DNA of 64,000 bases from Myxococcota bacterium (GTDB lineage: Bacteria; Myxococcota; JACRCW01): assembly GCA_040752415.1 (NCBI GenBank), contig JBFMGU010000010.1:1-64000 (forward strand), read 5' to 3'. Made by a program: the position numbers and the translations under genes. Shown here in pieces: positions 52,801 through 64,000 of the stretch (positions within the stretch are counted from its first letter, which is position 1; every line of letters begins with the position of its first letter). The notes under the pieces were generated by a model that did no database searches, was not told the DNA's origin, and worked only from the letters and a program-made list of their open reading frames with translations.

Positions 52801-55800
52801 GTCTGGACCGGCCGCGGGCAAAGACGGAGCCGAGTCGGTGCTCAACGCCTTCCGGCATCGAGGACGGAATCACGGAGCCTTGCGCCGCATAGCGGACGAT
52901 GCGAACGCAAGTGCTCAACGCCTTCCGGCATCGAGGACGGAATCACCGCCCACGACCGCGTTGCTGAAACCCTGTTGTCCAAAGTGCTCAACGCCTTCCG
53001 GCATCGAGGACGGAATCACATGGCCAGGTTGCTGCTCCCCACGACGGGGCACCAGTGCTCAACGCCTTCCGGCATCGAGGACGGAATCACGCGCGCGGCC
53101 GTCGTCGGCGGCAACCTGGGCGGCGGCGGGTGCTCAACGCCCTCCGGCATCGAGGACGGAATCACGGTCGCCCTCTGCTCTGGCGCGCCGCCGCGGAGTG
53201 GTGCTCAACGCCTTCCCGCATCGAGGACGGAATCACCGGGGAAATGTACCGCCCCGTCCACAGCTCCTGAACCATCACGTGCTCAACGCCTTCCGGCATC
53301 GAGGACGGAATCACCCAGTGCGCCCGCCCCGGCGCTGGCCAACGTCAACGTGTGCTCAACGCCTTCCGGCATCGAGGACGGAATCACGCGGATGGAGGGA
53401 CTGAGCCGTGGCGACCCCGTCCCGTGCTCATCGCCTTCCGGCATCGAGGACGGAATCACTCCGGTTGCTGGCGCGTCGACCCGAGCAGCAACAAGGTGTG
53501 CTCAACGCCTTCCGGCATCGAGGACGGAATCACGGTTAGGCGGCGCGAGGCTGGCCGCGGTGCGGAGGCGGGTGCTCAACGCCTTCCGGCATCGAGGACG
53601 GAATCACGGCCCGCTCATTTCCATCCTGGAGGAGGACAACTTGTGCTCAACGCCTTCCGGCATCGAGGACGGAATCACCGGGGATCGCCACCGCGGGACC
53701 GATGGGCATACGTGTGCTCAACGCCTTCCGGCATCGAGGACGGAATCACCAAATGTTCAGTCCACCCGTCGTAACACCCATGCTGTGCTCAACGCCTTCC
53801 GGCATCGAGGACGGAATCACTGGCGCTGCTGGTGGTGGCGATGGTGGCCGCGGCGCGTGCTCAACGCCTTCCGGCATCGAGGACGGAATCACCCGCATCG
53901 CCATCCGGGACAAGCACAAAGAGATCGCGTGCTCAACGCCTTCCGGCATCGAGGACGGAATCACCAACCCGGAGTCGTCACCCGTCGTGGTGTCGCCGGG
54001 TGCTCAACGCCTTCCGGCATCGAGGACGGAATCACTTCCCGGTGCCCGACGAGGCCCGGCGCCGCTTCGGGCCCATGTGCTCAACGCCTTCCGGCATCGA
54101 GGACGGAATCACGCGCGTGCTGCTGGTCTGGGACCCTCAGCGGAAGTGGTGCTCAACGCCTTCCGGCATCGAGGACGGAATCACCACCGGCAGCAGCTTC
54201 CCGACGGGGTCCATTGTCTGGTGCTCAACGCCTTCCGGCATCGAGGACGGAATCACGCAACAGAGTGGTGCCACGGTGGTATGCGGCGTGTCCGTGCTCA
54301 ACGCCTTCCGGCATCGAGGACGGAATCACCCGCCGCCGCCGAAGGCGGTTATCTTGAACAGGGGCGTGCTCAACGCCTTCCGGCATCGAGGACGGAATCA
54401 CTCACCGCGTCCGGGCGCGGAGTTCACTGGCCGCCGCCTCGTGCTCAACGCCTTCCGTCATCGAGGACGGAATCACACGGCGCGTGGGTGGGTGGGGTCT
54501 GACGGAGCCACGTGCTCAACGCCTTCCGGCATCGAGGACGGAATCACACGCCGAAGCGCGCCAGAAGTGGAACGACCAACTGGTGCTCAACGCCTTCCGG
54601 CATCGAGGACGGAATCACACGCAACATACACATATAAGTAAACCGCACCTTAGGTGCTCAACGCCTTCCGGCATCGAGGACGGAATCACCACCTACGTGG
54701 ACAGCGCCGGCAAGCCCTTCGCCGCGTGCTCAACGCCTTCCGGCATCGAGGACGGAATCACTGGTGCCGCTGATTGCCCTGTTGGGCGTCGTCAACGGCG
54801 TGGGGTGCCCAACGCCTTCCGGCATCGAGGACGGAATCACGCACCGGCCCTTGTGGCGTTGCGCTGGCCCAGTTCTGGTGCTCAACGCCTTCCGGCATCG
54901 AGGACGGAATCACCAATGACGGTGACGGTGCGTCCCGTGGAGAACTGAAGTGCTCAACGCCTTCCGGCATCGAGGACGGAATCACTCACAACAGCACCGG
55001 GACAGAGAGGAATAGCGCTGATGGGTGCTCAACGCCTTCCGGCATCGAGGACGGAATCACGCTGTGGCGGTTGGGCAGTGGGCGGGCTGTCTTCCAGTGC
55101 TCAACGCCTTCCGGCATCGAGGACGGAATCACCCGTGACGACGGCCAGCCTCATCTTGGTGGCCAGCTGTGCTCAACGCCTTCCGGCATCGAGGACGGAA
55201 TCACCAGGCTTTCGCCTTGTCGAGCCAGAACTTCGGGTCGGTGTGCTCAACGCCTTCCGGCATCGAGGACGGAATCACACCAGCGGCCAGATCAAGGTGC
55301 TGTGGGAGCACGGTGTGCTCAACGCCTTCCGGCATCGAGGACGGAATCACTGAAATGGATGGACCAGGTGCGGCCGCGCGTCGTGTGCTCAACGCCTTCC
55401 GGCATCGAGGACGGAATCACTCACCAACGTTCCCGACGGCGGCGGGAGTGCGCAGCACAGGTGCTCAACGCCTTCCGGCATCGAGGACGGAATCACCGGG
55501 ATCAGTCGGCGGGCTCCGAGGTTCACAGCACCCGGGTGCTCAACGCCTTCCGGCATCGAGGACGGAATCACAAGTAGCGGGCGGACTTGCTGAACAGGAA
55601 CACGTACTGTGCTCAACGCCTTCCGGCATCGAGGACGGAATCACACGATGTTGCGAATCCACTCAGGACGGAGCGTGCGCGGTGCTCAACGCCTTCCGGC
55701 ATCGAGGACGGAATCACTGGTCACCAGGGCGTCGACCACCATGTTCATCGTGCTGTGCTCAACGCCTTCCGGCATCGAGGACGGAATCACCCTTGGGGGA

Positions 55801-58800
55801 CTCCCCTATCGAGCCGGTGGGGGCGAGTGCTCAACGCCTTCCGGCATCGAGGACGGAATCACCAGGCGCCTCATTACCTGCTGGTCGCCACGCTCCTTGT
55901 GTGCTCAACGCCTTCCGGCATCGAGGACGGAATCACGACGAGAAGTTGCGCGCGTTCTGTAAAACGCTCGGGTGCTCAACGCCTTCCGGCATCGAGGACG
56001 GAATCACGCGCGGGGGCCGTAGAAGGTGGCTGTCGTCGTGATGTGCTCAACGCCTTCCGGCATCGAGGACGGAATCACGCAACGATCCGCAAACCACAGG
56101 TGCGCACGCTGGCGCGTGCTCAACGCCTTCCGGCATCGAGGACGGAATCACCAGTCAGCGGCGGTCACTCACCCCGCCTCGCCCGCGTGCTCAACGCCTT
56201 CCGGCATCGAGGACGGAATCACTGGAGATCGGCCTCTTGGCGCTTCAACTGCTCGATGTGCTCAACGCCTTCCGGCATCGAGGACGGAATCACTCACGAG
56301 ACACCGACGGCGCACGGCGTGTCCACCACCGCGTGCTCAACGCCTTCCGGCATCGAGGACGGAATCACCCATCACGCCAGTGGAGGATGTGGACGCGGCG
56401 CGCGTGTGCTCAACGCCTTCCGGCATCGAGGACGGAATCACGGTTGGCGGCCGGCGAGTGAGGCGCAGCGGATCCCAGGTGCTCAACGCCTTCCGGCATC
56501 GAGGACGGAATCACCGCCAATCGCGACCGCGAGCACCAGCAGCGAAGCAAGGTGCTCAACGCCTTCCGGCATCGAGGACGGAATCACGCCGCGTTGGCGC
56601 GCCCATGCACCGAGGCACCGCAGCGTGCTCAACGCCTTCCGGCATCGAGGACGGAATCACGTCTTGCCGGACGCTTTGGCGAGCGCATAGCCGTCGTGTG
56701 GTGCTCAACGCCTTCCGGCATCGAGGACGGAATCACGTCATGCCCAGGCGCTTGGCACTGAGAATGATCTCGTGCTCAACGCCTTCCGGCATCGAGGACG
56801 GAATCACCGGGCGGTACTGTTTGCGGTTGACGTTGCCGCCCTGTGCTCAACGCCTTCCGGCATCGAGGACGGAATCACTGGAGACACCAGCGAGACACGC
56901 ACACGCCCGCCGTTCAGTGCTCAACGCCTTCCGGCATCGAGGACGGAATCACCCCACGGAGCTACACTCCCCAACACGGATGGTTCACGTGCTCAACGCC
57001 TTCCGGCATCGAGGACGGAATCACTCATTGGAATTCATGACGTCCTCACGCCGGCTCAAAGTGCTCAACGCCTTCCGGCATCGAGGACGGAATCACATGG
57101 ATGGGCAAGGGTGGCGCCTTGGAGCAGGTGGAGTGCTCAACGCCTTCCGGCATCGAGGACGGAATCACTCAAGGCCGGCGTCGCGTTCAATGCCGTCGGG
57201 CTTCGCAAGTGCTCAACGCCTTCCGGCATCGAGGACGGAATCACACGCCGCCACGCTGCCCGAGCCGCCCCCGTAGAGCGGTGCTCAACGCCTTCCGGCA
57301 TCGAGGACGGAATCACGACGCTGAGCCTGTACATCAACGGCATCCTGGTCTGTGCTCAACGCCTTCCGGCATCGAGGACGGAATCACTCAGCGGCCAGCC
57401 GCTTTCACAGCAGCCCGAGCGCGTGCGGTGCTCAACGCCTTCCGGCATCGAGGACGGAATCACGCATCCTCATGTCGCTCAACGCGTTCGATGCGAACGA
57501 CTACGCGTGCTCAACGCCTTCCGGCATCGAGGACGGAATCACATACCTGGGACTGAAGCCGGTGATCCGCAACGAGGAGTGCTCAACGCCTTCCGGCATC
57601 GAGGACGGAATCACATGCACGCCAGCGAGCGGGACAGCATCTACTTCGAAGCGTGCTCAACGCCTTCCGGCATCGAGGACGGAATCACCGGCTGCATCCG
57701 CGGCTACCTGGGCTGTGCCGGCTTCCCGTGCTCAACGCCTTCCGGCATCGAGGACGGAATCACTGACGTGCTGAAGGATCTGGTGAATGGGCGCGGCCAG
57801 CCGTGCTCAACGCCTTCCGGCATCGAGGACGGAATCACAAGCTGGACCCCTGGGCGGACGTCAAGGGCGCGGACGAGTGCTCAACGCCTTCCGGCATCGA
57901 GGACGGAATCACACGGTCCCCTGCGGCCCGCCGGATGACCGGAGCGCGTGTGCTCAACGCCTTCCGGCATCGAGGACGGAATCACAGCAGCAGGGACCCC
58001 ACAACGGCCCCCAGGGCCATCAGGTGCTCAACGCCTTCCGGCATCGAGGACGGAATCACTCGTCGGCGCTGCAACCGAGGCGCAGCGCCAGCGCGTCGAG
58101 GTGCTCAACGCCTTCCGGCATCGAGGACGGAATCACACGGGCCAGACCATCTACAGCGGCGTTGCCACCGAGTGCTCAACGCCTTCCGGCATCGAGGACG
58201 GAATCACGCGGAGGTCTTCGACAAGTATGTTGATGGCGACCGGTGCTCAACGCCTTCCGGCATCGAGGACGGAATCACACTGGCCTTCAGCTCCTCCAGC
58301 TTCCTGCCGTAGAGTGCTCAACGCCTTCCGGCATCGAGGACGGAATCACCCTAACGTCGGCCGACACCACGGTGCAGGTGCCGCAGTTGTGCTCAACGCC
58401 TTCCGGCATCGAGGACGGAATCACATCACCCACGCCGGGACCTGTACGCCGTGCCACTGATAGTGCTCAACGCCTTCCGGCATCGAGGACGGAATCACGG
58501 GATTGCGCCGAGGCGAAAATGAACCTGCTGCGCGTGTGCTCAACGCCTTCCGGCATCGAGGACGGAATCACGGTGGAGCTCGGGCTCGCCGCGCCGTCGG
58601 GGAACCTGTGCTCAACGCCTTCCGGCATCGAGGACGGAATCACCAGGCGTCAGGCGGGGTCGGCGTAGCCGTGCGGTGGTGCTCAACGCCTTCCGGCATC
58701 GAGGACGGAATCACCAGGCGGACAACCAGCACCCCAGACGACGCCCTCCCTGGTGCTCAACGCCTTCCGGCATCGAGGACGGAATCACATCGCGGTGGTA

Positions 58801-61412
58801 TCCCAGCGCCCCGGAGGTCCCACCGTGCTCAACGCCTTCCGGCATCGAGGACGGAATCACCGTCACGCCGCGTTGGCTCAGAGGAGGGCCAGCGCCCAGT
58901 GCTCAACGCCTTCCGGCATCGAGGACGGAATCACACAAACCGCCCATCTCCAGACGCCCGACAGTCGTTGCCCTGTGCTCAACGCCTTCCGGCATCGAGG
59001 ACGGAATCACGGTACGGATCGTGGAGCGGGAGAATCCGCGACCGACGAGTGCTCAACGCCTTCCGGCATCGAGGACGGAATCACGGCGTAGCCGCGAACG
59101 TCGCCCATGACGGCGGCGACGTGCTCAACGCCTTCCGGCATCGAGGACGGAATCACGCCGTCCACGTACCGATCAGCCCCGCCCTGGGTAACGTGCTCAA
59201 CGCCTTCCGGCATCGAGGACGGAATCACTCCAGCGAACAACGCGTCTCGTGTCAGCCATCGTCGTGTGCTCAACGCCTTCCGGCATCGAGGACGGAATCA
59301 CGGCCGAGCTCCGCAACGAGATGCGCTTCCGCGTTTGACCGTGCTCAACGCCTTCCGGCATCGAGGACGGAATCACTGGGCGGCGCGTGGACCGTGACGT
59401 CGCACGAGGACCTGCGTGCTCAACGCCTTCCGGCATCGAGGACGGAATCACACACCGCCCCTGGGCGCGCGTTATCTATGCAAGCCGGTGCTCAACGCCT
59501 TCCGGCATCGAGGACGGAATCACTTCGTGGGCGTTTTGGGGCTGCGTGCTCGTGCTCGTGCTGTGCTCAACGCCTTCCGGCATCGAGGACGGAATCACAG
59601 ACGGCGCCCTCCCCTCTGCCTCTGCGTGCTCTGTCGTGCTCAACGCCTTCCGGCATCGAGGACGGAATCACGGGAGGCCAAGAGCGGCATGCTGGCGCGC
59701 CTGGCCCAACGGTGCTCAACGCCTTCCGGCATCGAGGACGGAATCACTGCTGACCGGCGCCAACCACGCGGGGAAGAGCAGGTGCTCAACGCCTTCCGGC
59801 ATCGAGGACGGAATCACCTTGAGCGCCAGGTGCGCGTCCGTGTCCACCGGAAACTTGCGTGCTCAACGCCTTCCGGCATCGAGGACGGAATCACACCTGT
59901 ACGCGCACAAGAAGGTGCCCGCGGGAGCGTGCTCAACGCCTTCCGGCATCGAGGACGGAATCACGGTGGAGCGCCGGACCGAAGCCTACCGCAGGCGGCT
60001 GTGCTCAACGCCTTCCGGCATCGAGGACGGAATCACCCAGCACCTTGTGGCCCTCGCCAACCTTGGCAACACTAGTGCTCAACGCCTTCCGGCATCGAGG
60101 ACGGAATCACCAGGCATCCACTTCAACACTTTTTTCTACCTCCACGTGCTCAACGCCTTCCGGCATCGAGGACGGAATCACCCTTATGAATCTGATGAAG
60201 GTTACGGGCCATTAATTTTGTGCTCAACGCCTTCCGGCATCGAGGACGGAATCACCATTCTTGAATGCAACGATGTTGTTGGTCATCATAGTGTGCTCAA
60301 CGCCTTCCGGCATCGAGGACGGAATCACACCGTGTCCGTAGGTCGCCAGCCCTGATCGAATGGGTGCTCAACGCCTTCCGGCATCGAGGACGGAATCACT
60401 AGGGATATTAAGGCCGTTACACACCTCTTCTTCTAGTGCTCAACGCCTTCCGGCATCGAGGACGGAATCACCGGGCGGATCGCTGTTCGGCCTGTATCCG
60501 TGCTCCTTGTGCTCAACGCCTTCCGGCATCGAGGACGGAATCACACGGAGACGTGTTGTTTGATAACTGCACCGGCATGAAGTGCTCAACGCCTTCCGGC
60601 ATCGAGGACGGAATCACGCCAGCAGAACCAGCCAGAGCGCGCCGGAGAATCTGTGCTCAACGCCTTCCGGCATCGAGGACGGAATCACACGCCAGAGAAA
60701 CACCCCGATGGACAACACAGGGATGTGCTCAACGCCTTCCGGCATCGAGGACGGAATCACGGCTTCGGGCGGCGGAGCCGGCACCGCGGCAAGCAACGGT
60801 GCTCAACGCCTTCCGGCATCGAGGACGGAATCACGCGCCAGACTCTGATATAGTAGCACCGGCTCCAACGGTGCTCAACGCCTTCCGGCATCGAGGACGG
60901 AATCACCTGTTGGAGGACTTGGGCCGGGTTGATCTGGCGGGGTGCTCAACGCCTTCCGGCATCGAGGACGGAATCACCGGTGATGGTGAGCGCACCGCCA
61001 GCCTGGCCGTCAGGTGCTCAACGCCTTCCGGCATCGAGGACGGAATCACCGGTGGGCAGTGTGCCGCCAGTCGGGATCAGCGCGTCGTGCTCAACGCCTT
61101 CCGGCATCGAGGACGGAATCACTTCTTGCGACTGCGCTCTCGCACCTCCTCCACCTGCGCGTGCTCAACGCCTTCCGGCATCGAGGACGGAATCACGTGC
61201 CTGGCGTGTTTCAGAAGGCGCGCCTCGTGGTGTGCTCAACGCCTTCCGGCATCGAGGACGGAATCACTCGAGGACTCCGACGGCATTGACCTGCCGCACG
61301 GTGGATGTGCTCAACGCCTTCCGGCATCGAGGACGGAATCACTTCGTACGCCGGTTGATTTCGTATCCGCCTCGGGGTGCTCAACGCCTTCCGGCATCGA
61401 GGACGGAATCAC
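49810..61412 (-). CRISPR. CRISPR array, about 160 repeats, type I-B (MYXAN)-like repeat GTGATTCCGTCCTCGATGCCGGAAGGCGTTGAGCAC
   Basis: 36-bp repeat (plus strand GTGCTCAACGCCTTCCGGCATCGAGGACGGAATCAC) with mostly 34-43 nt spacers; degenerate repeats at 49810-50195 mark the trailer; stem CUCGAUGCC-GGAA-GGCGUUGAG; cas genes adjacent on the minus strand. Confidence 0.99.
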
Positions 61413-61665
61413 CCCGCCCGCCCAAGTCTGCGACATGACCGGGAGTTTCCACTTCCCTGACAAGCACCATTCCGCCCGCACCCAGCGGCCGGGTCTGGCA
61501 TGCGTCCAAACCTCTGCCAGCCGACCGTGATTCCGTTGTTCTTCCGAGCACCTTCCGCATCCGTCATGCACCTCCTTGGTCCTGCCCACAGGGCAACCTG
61601 TTGAAATCCATACCCTATTGCGTTGCCAAAGCACCCAATCACGACAAACGCGCTGGGGTCCATGA
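61413..61665 (-). promoter_or_regulatory. CRISPR leader
   Basis: Non-coding, lower-GC stretch between the cas2 stop and the first intact repeat; IHF-like TTTCAACAGGTTG on the minus strand (61606-61594). Confidence 0.85.
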
Positions 61666-61962
61666 TCACGCCAGGATGAACGGCGGCGGGTCCTCATCCA
61701 GCCCGGCGAGGTCCTTGCCTCGCACGGTCACGCGACCGGCGCAACCCTCACACAGCCGGGCGACCATCAGCCGATCCTTTTCCTCGAGGATGCCAGCCAG
61801 CTCGAAGCGGAGCTGCTCCAGCTCCCTGGCGGTGCAGCGCACCCGGAAGACGGAGTACTGCACTGGCTTTCCCCATGCGGTCAGCTTCTTGTGAACTTGT
61901 CGCAGCGCCTTGTCGTTGGACACGTCGTACATCACCAGGTGCCAGTGTCGCGGTTCCGCCAT
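61666..61962 (-). CDS. cas2: CRISPR-associated endonuclease Cas2
   Basis: LVMYDVS...VQYSVF...DRLM; 98 aa, downstream of cas1. Confidence 0.95.
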   Translation of the reverse strand: MAEPRHWHLVMYDVSNDKALRQVHKKLTAWGKPVQYSVFRVRCTARELEQLRFELAGILEEKDRLMVARLCEGCAGRVTVRGKDLAGLDEDPPPFILA

Positions 61963-61972
61963 GGTGTCCTCC

Positions 61973-63634
61973 TCATCGGATCCGGAACCGCGCGAACAGC
62001 CCCGGCTCTCCCGACCACTCCTTCTCCAACAGACGTACCTCCAGCTCCATCATGCGCTCGTAGGACAGCGCGTAGCCGATGGCGCTGTGCCGGTATTCCT
62101 CCTTCTTGCGTCGCTCATAGACGCCAATGAGCTTCTTCCTGCCCTCCTCCGACAACCACACCTGCGGTCCCGTGACCGTGAAATCGGCTGCCGGGTCGAA
62201 CGTGCGCCGGTTCACCGCCGCCATGACCGCCATGTCCACCACCGGCACCCGGAAGAGCTCCATCAGGTCCAGCACCAGCGGCCAGGCCGCCGAGCGGGGC
62301 TGGTGCAGCACGCCGAAGGCCGGCTCCAGGCCCACGCGGAGGACCGCGCTGAAGATGTCGCGTTCCAGCAGCGCGTAGCCGAACGACAACAGCGCATTGA
62401 ACCGGTCCCGCGGCGGCCGCTGCGACCTGCCCGCCGGCCGGAGCTCCTCACCCGCCTCCGGGCTCACCAGCACGCTCAGCGCGCCGAAGTACGCACGGGC
62501 CGCGAGGCCCTCGTTGCCCATCAGCGCGTCGCGGTCGGCGGCGCGCGCCAGCCCGGAGAGGCCGGAGCGCATGGTACGCAGGTGTTGATCCACCTGGGGG
62601 CGCAGCCCTCCGTCCCCGCGCGACGCGCGCAGCACGTGGCGTAGCTGCATCTCCACCTTCGCGTGGAGCAGGCGCCGGGCGAGCGAGAGCGCGCGGTCAT
62701 CATCCGTCAGTCCGCGGTACTGCCGGATGCGCCGCTGCACGCCGCCGCTGGGACCGCTGAAGGTCCCCAGCAGGCTCCCCGACATGGTGACCAGGTGGAC
62801 CGGGATGCGCTCGTCGGCGCAGAGGCGCAGCGCCTGGGTGGTGATCTGCGCATACCCGTGCAGGGTGATGTCCCCGACCTCCCGCGCACCGACCTTGAGG
62901 GGCGTCTCGTCGGGCGCCACCACGGTGAAGCCCTCTCCGCTGCGCGAGACCCGTGCCCCCTGGGTCAGCACGTGCAGCGAGCGCCGCTCCGAGTCCGCGG
63001 GGAACAGTCGCAGCGGCGTGGGCGTGGCGGCGTCCTCCGCCTGGGCCAACCGGACCTCCTCCGGCAGGCAGACCGGCGCCAGGGAGCACCGGACGCATTT
63101 CCGCTCGTCGGTGGTCACCGGCGGGCGCTCGGTGAAGCGCGCCAGCTCACGCGCGCGGCGGACCGCGAGGGCCACCTCGGTGCGGAGCACGTCGGTGATT
63201 GGGATGCGCACGGTGACGTTGTCGCGGTGGTAGCGGATGCGCGCCTCGGCCACCGGGCGACCCAGGTGCTCCTCCAGCAGCATGGCGTAGGCGGCGGCTT
63301 GCACGCGGTCGGCGTCCCAGGCGCCGGGCCCTCCGTCGGTGCGTCGGGCGCGGCCGCGCTTGTGCTCGACCGGGAAGACGGTCCCGTCGCGCTTGCGCAG
63401 CGCGTCCACCTTCCCGCGCATGCCCAGCCGGGCGGACTCCAGCGTTAGCTCGACGACCTCCGCGGGCTCGTCCAGCTCCGCGTGCAGCACGCGACCGGCC
63501 CAGACCGCCTCGTCGGCAACGCGGATCTCCTCGACCTCCTCCAGGAAGAACAGGCGCTCGCAGTAGAGCAGGGCGTGCAGCGCCATGACGCGCACAGTGG
63601 GGAGGCGCGCGTCTTCCAGGGCTTCCAGGGTCAT
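61973..63634 (-). CDS. cas1: Cas4-Cas1 fusion (MYXAN-type)
   Basis: Cas4 part: YCERL, GKVD...EHKRG...QAAAY, CVRCSLAPVC. Cas1 part: GNEGLAARAYF, FNALLSFGY, GVLH, LDLMELFR. Confidence 0.96.
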   Translation of the reverse strand: MTLEALEDARLPTVRVMALHALLYCERLFFLEEVEEIRVADEAVWAGRVLHAELDEPAEVVELTLESARLGMRGKVDALRKRDGTVFPVEHKRGRARRTDGGPGAWDADRVQAAAYAMLLEEHLGRPVAEARIRYHRDNVTVRIPITDVLRTEVALAVRRARELARFTERPPVTTDERKCVRCSLAPVCLPEEVRLAQAEDAATPTPLRLFPADSERRSLHVLTQGARVSRSGEGFTVVAPDETPLKVGAREVGDITLHGYAQITTQALRLCADERIPVHLVTMSGSLLGTFSGPSGGVQRRIRQYRGLTDDDRALSLARRLLHAKVEMQLRHVLRASRGDGGLRPQVDQHLRTMRSGLSGLARAADRDALMGNEGLAARAYFGALSVLVSPEAGEELRPAGRSQRPPRDRFNALLSFGYALLERDIFSAVLRVGLEPAFGVLHQPRSAAWPLVLDLMELFRVPVVDMAVMAAVNRRTFDPAADFTVTGPQVWLSEEGRKKLIGVYERRKKEEYRHSAIGYALSYERMMELEVRLLEKEWSGEPGLFARFRIR

Positions 63635-63670
63635 GGGAACCTCCTTGCGGGAGGCTGGCTTCGGAGCGTC

Positions 63671-64000
63671 TCAGCCTGTGTGAGACGGCGCCCGGTACGG
63701 AGACAGCGCAGTCTCCAGCTCCGCCCGCACCTGCTCACGGAAGAACGCGGGCTCCAGCGCCTCCGCGTTGCGGCCCCAGCGCAGGACCCAGTGCAGTGCC
63801 TCCATGGTGCCGGCCACGTGCGCCCGGACCACGACGGCACCGTCGGGCTGCGGAGCCAGGGTCTGGGTGTCGCTGAGGGGCCACTCGTGGATCAGTGGTG
63901 CCACCTGCGCGCGAATCCGCACCGCCACCTCCACGGTGTCGCCCGACCAGATGCCCATGCTGTTGGCGAAGATCCGTTGCGGGTCGTAGTCGGGGCGCTG
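63671..64000 (-). CDS. WYL-domain regulator, C-terminal (WCX-like) part, truncated by window edge
   Basis: YDPQRIFANSMGIW...WVLRWGRNAEALEP..FREQV, typical of PafC/WYL C-termini. Confidence 0.85.
   Translation of the reverse strand, partial: QRPDYDPQRIFANSMGIWSGDTVEVAVRIRAQVAPLIHEWPLSDTQTLAPQPDGAVVVRAHVAGTMEALHWVLRWGRNAEALEPAFFREQVRAELETALSPYRAPSHTG

Noticed and set aside
57464..57506. Spacer containing GCTCAACGC, matching part of the repeat
   Set aside because: A 9-nt match within a coding-like spacer; plausible by chance over about 6 kb of spacers.
49846..61376. Self-targeting spacers against genes in this window
   Set aside because: None noticed in spot checks by eye; the check was not exhaustive and needs BLASTN.
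49802..61530. Many long plus-strand ORFs (up to 922 aa) with repeating CSTPSGIEDGIT / VLNAFRHRGRNH / AQRLPASRTES
   Set aside because: These are translations of the stop-free 36-nt CRISPR repeat, not proteins.

Overview
High-GC (~70%) bacterial chromosomal window, most likely from a myxobacterium (Myxococcota). The basis is Cys-rich CDDGNxCT and DAG-type lipoproteins, dense signalling genes and a MYXAN-type CRISPR repeat. From left to right it holds: a DUF3995-like/TetR pair; a relic of an AddB-like nuclease C-terminus; an Rrf2 regulator with an FAD oxidoreductase and a clear operator palindrome; a Tat-exported GMC dehydrogenase pair; a small operon with an apparently inactive M50-like/cNMP-binding membrane protein; surface lipoproteins; a 1940-aa poly-HAMP hybrid kinase; a DUF5985-like trio; a Wsp-like chemosensory operon whose cheR carries a 1-nt frameshift; kup; an ACP-FAAL-acyltransferase fusion; a REPIN-like 60-bp inverted repeat; an nrdJ-ligA operon; two-component genes; and a lower-GC M23 peptidase plus two-lipoprotein cassette. 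The window ends with an 11.6-kb CRISPR array (about 160 repeats by manual count, transcribed on the minus strand), its leader, cas2, a cas4-cas1 fusion and a truncated WYL-family gene. The best leads are an anti-repeat in the CRISPR leader, a burst of AT-rich spacers, the WYL gene directly heading the adaptation module, the inactive M50-cNMP module and the REPIN-like hairpin. All family calls come from motif recognition; no database searches were run.
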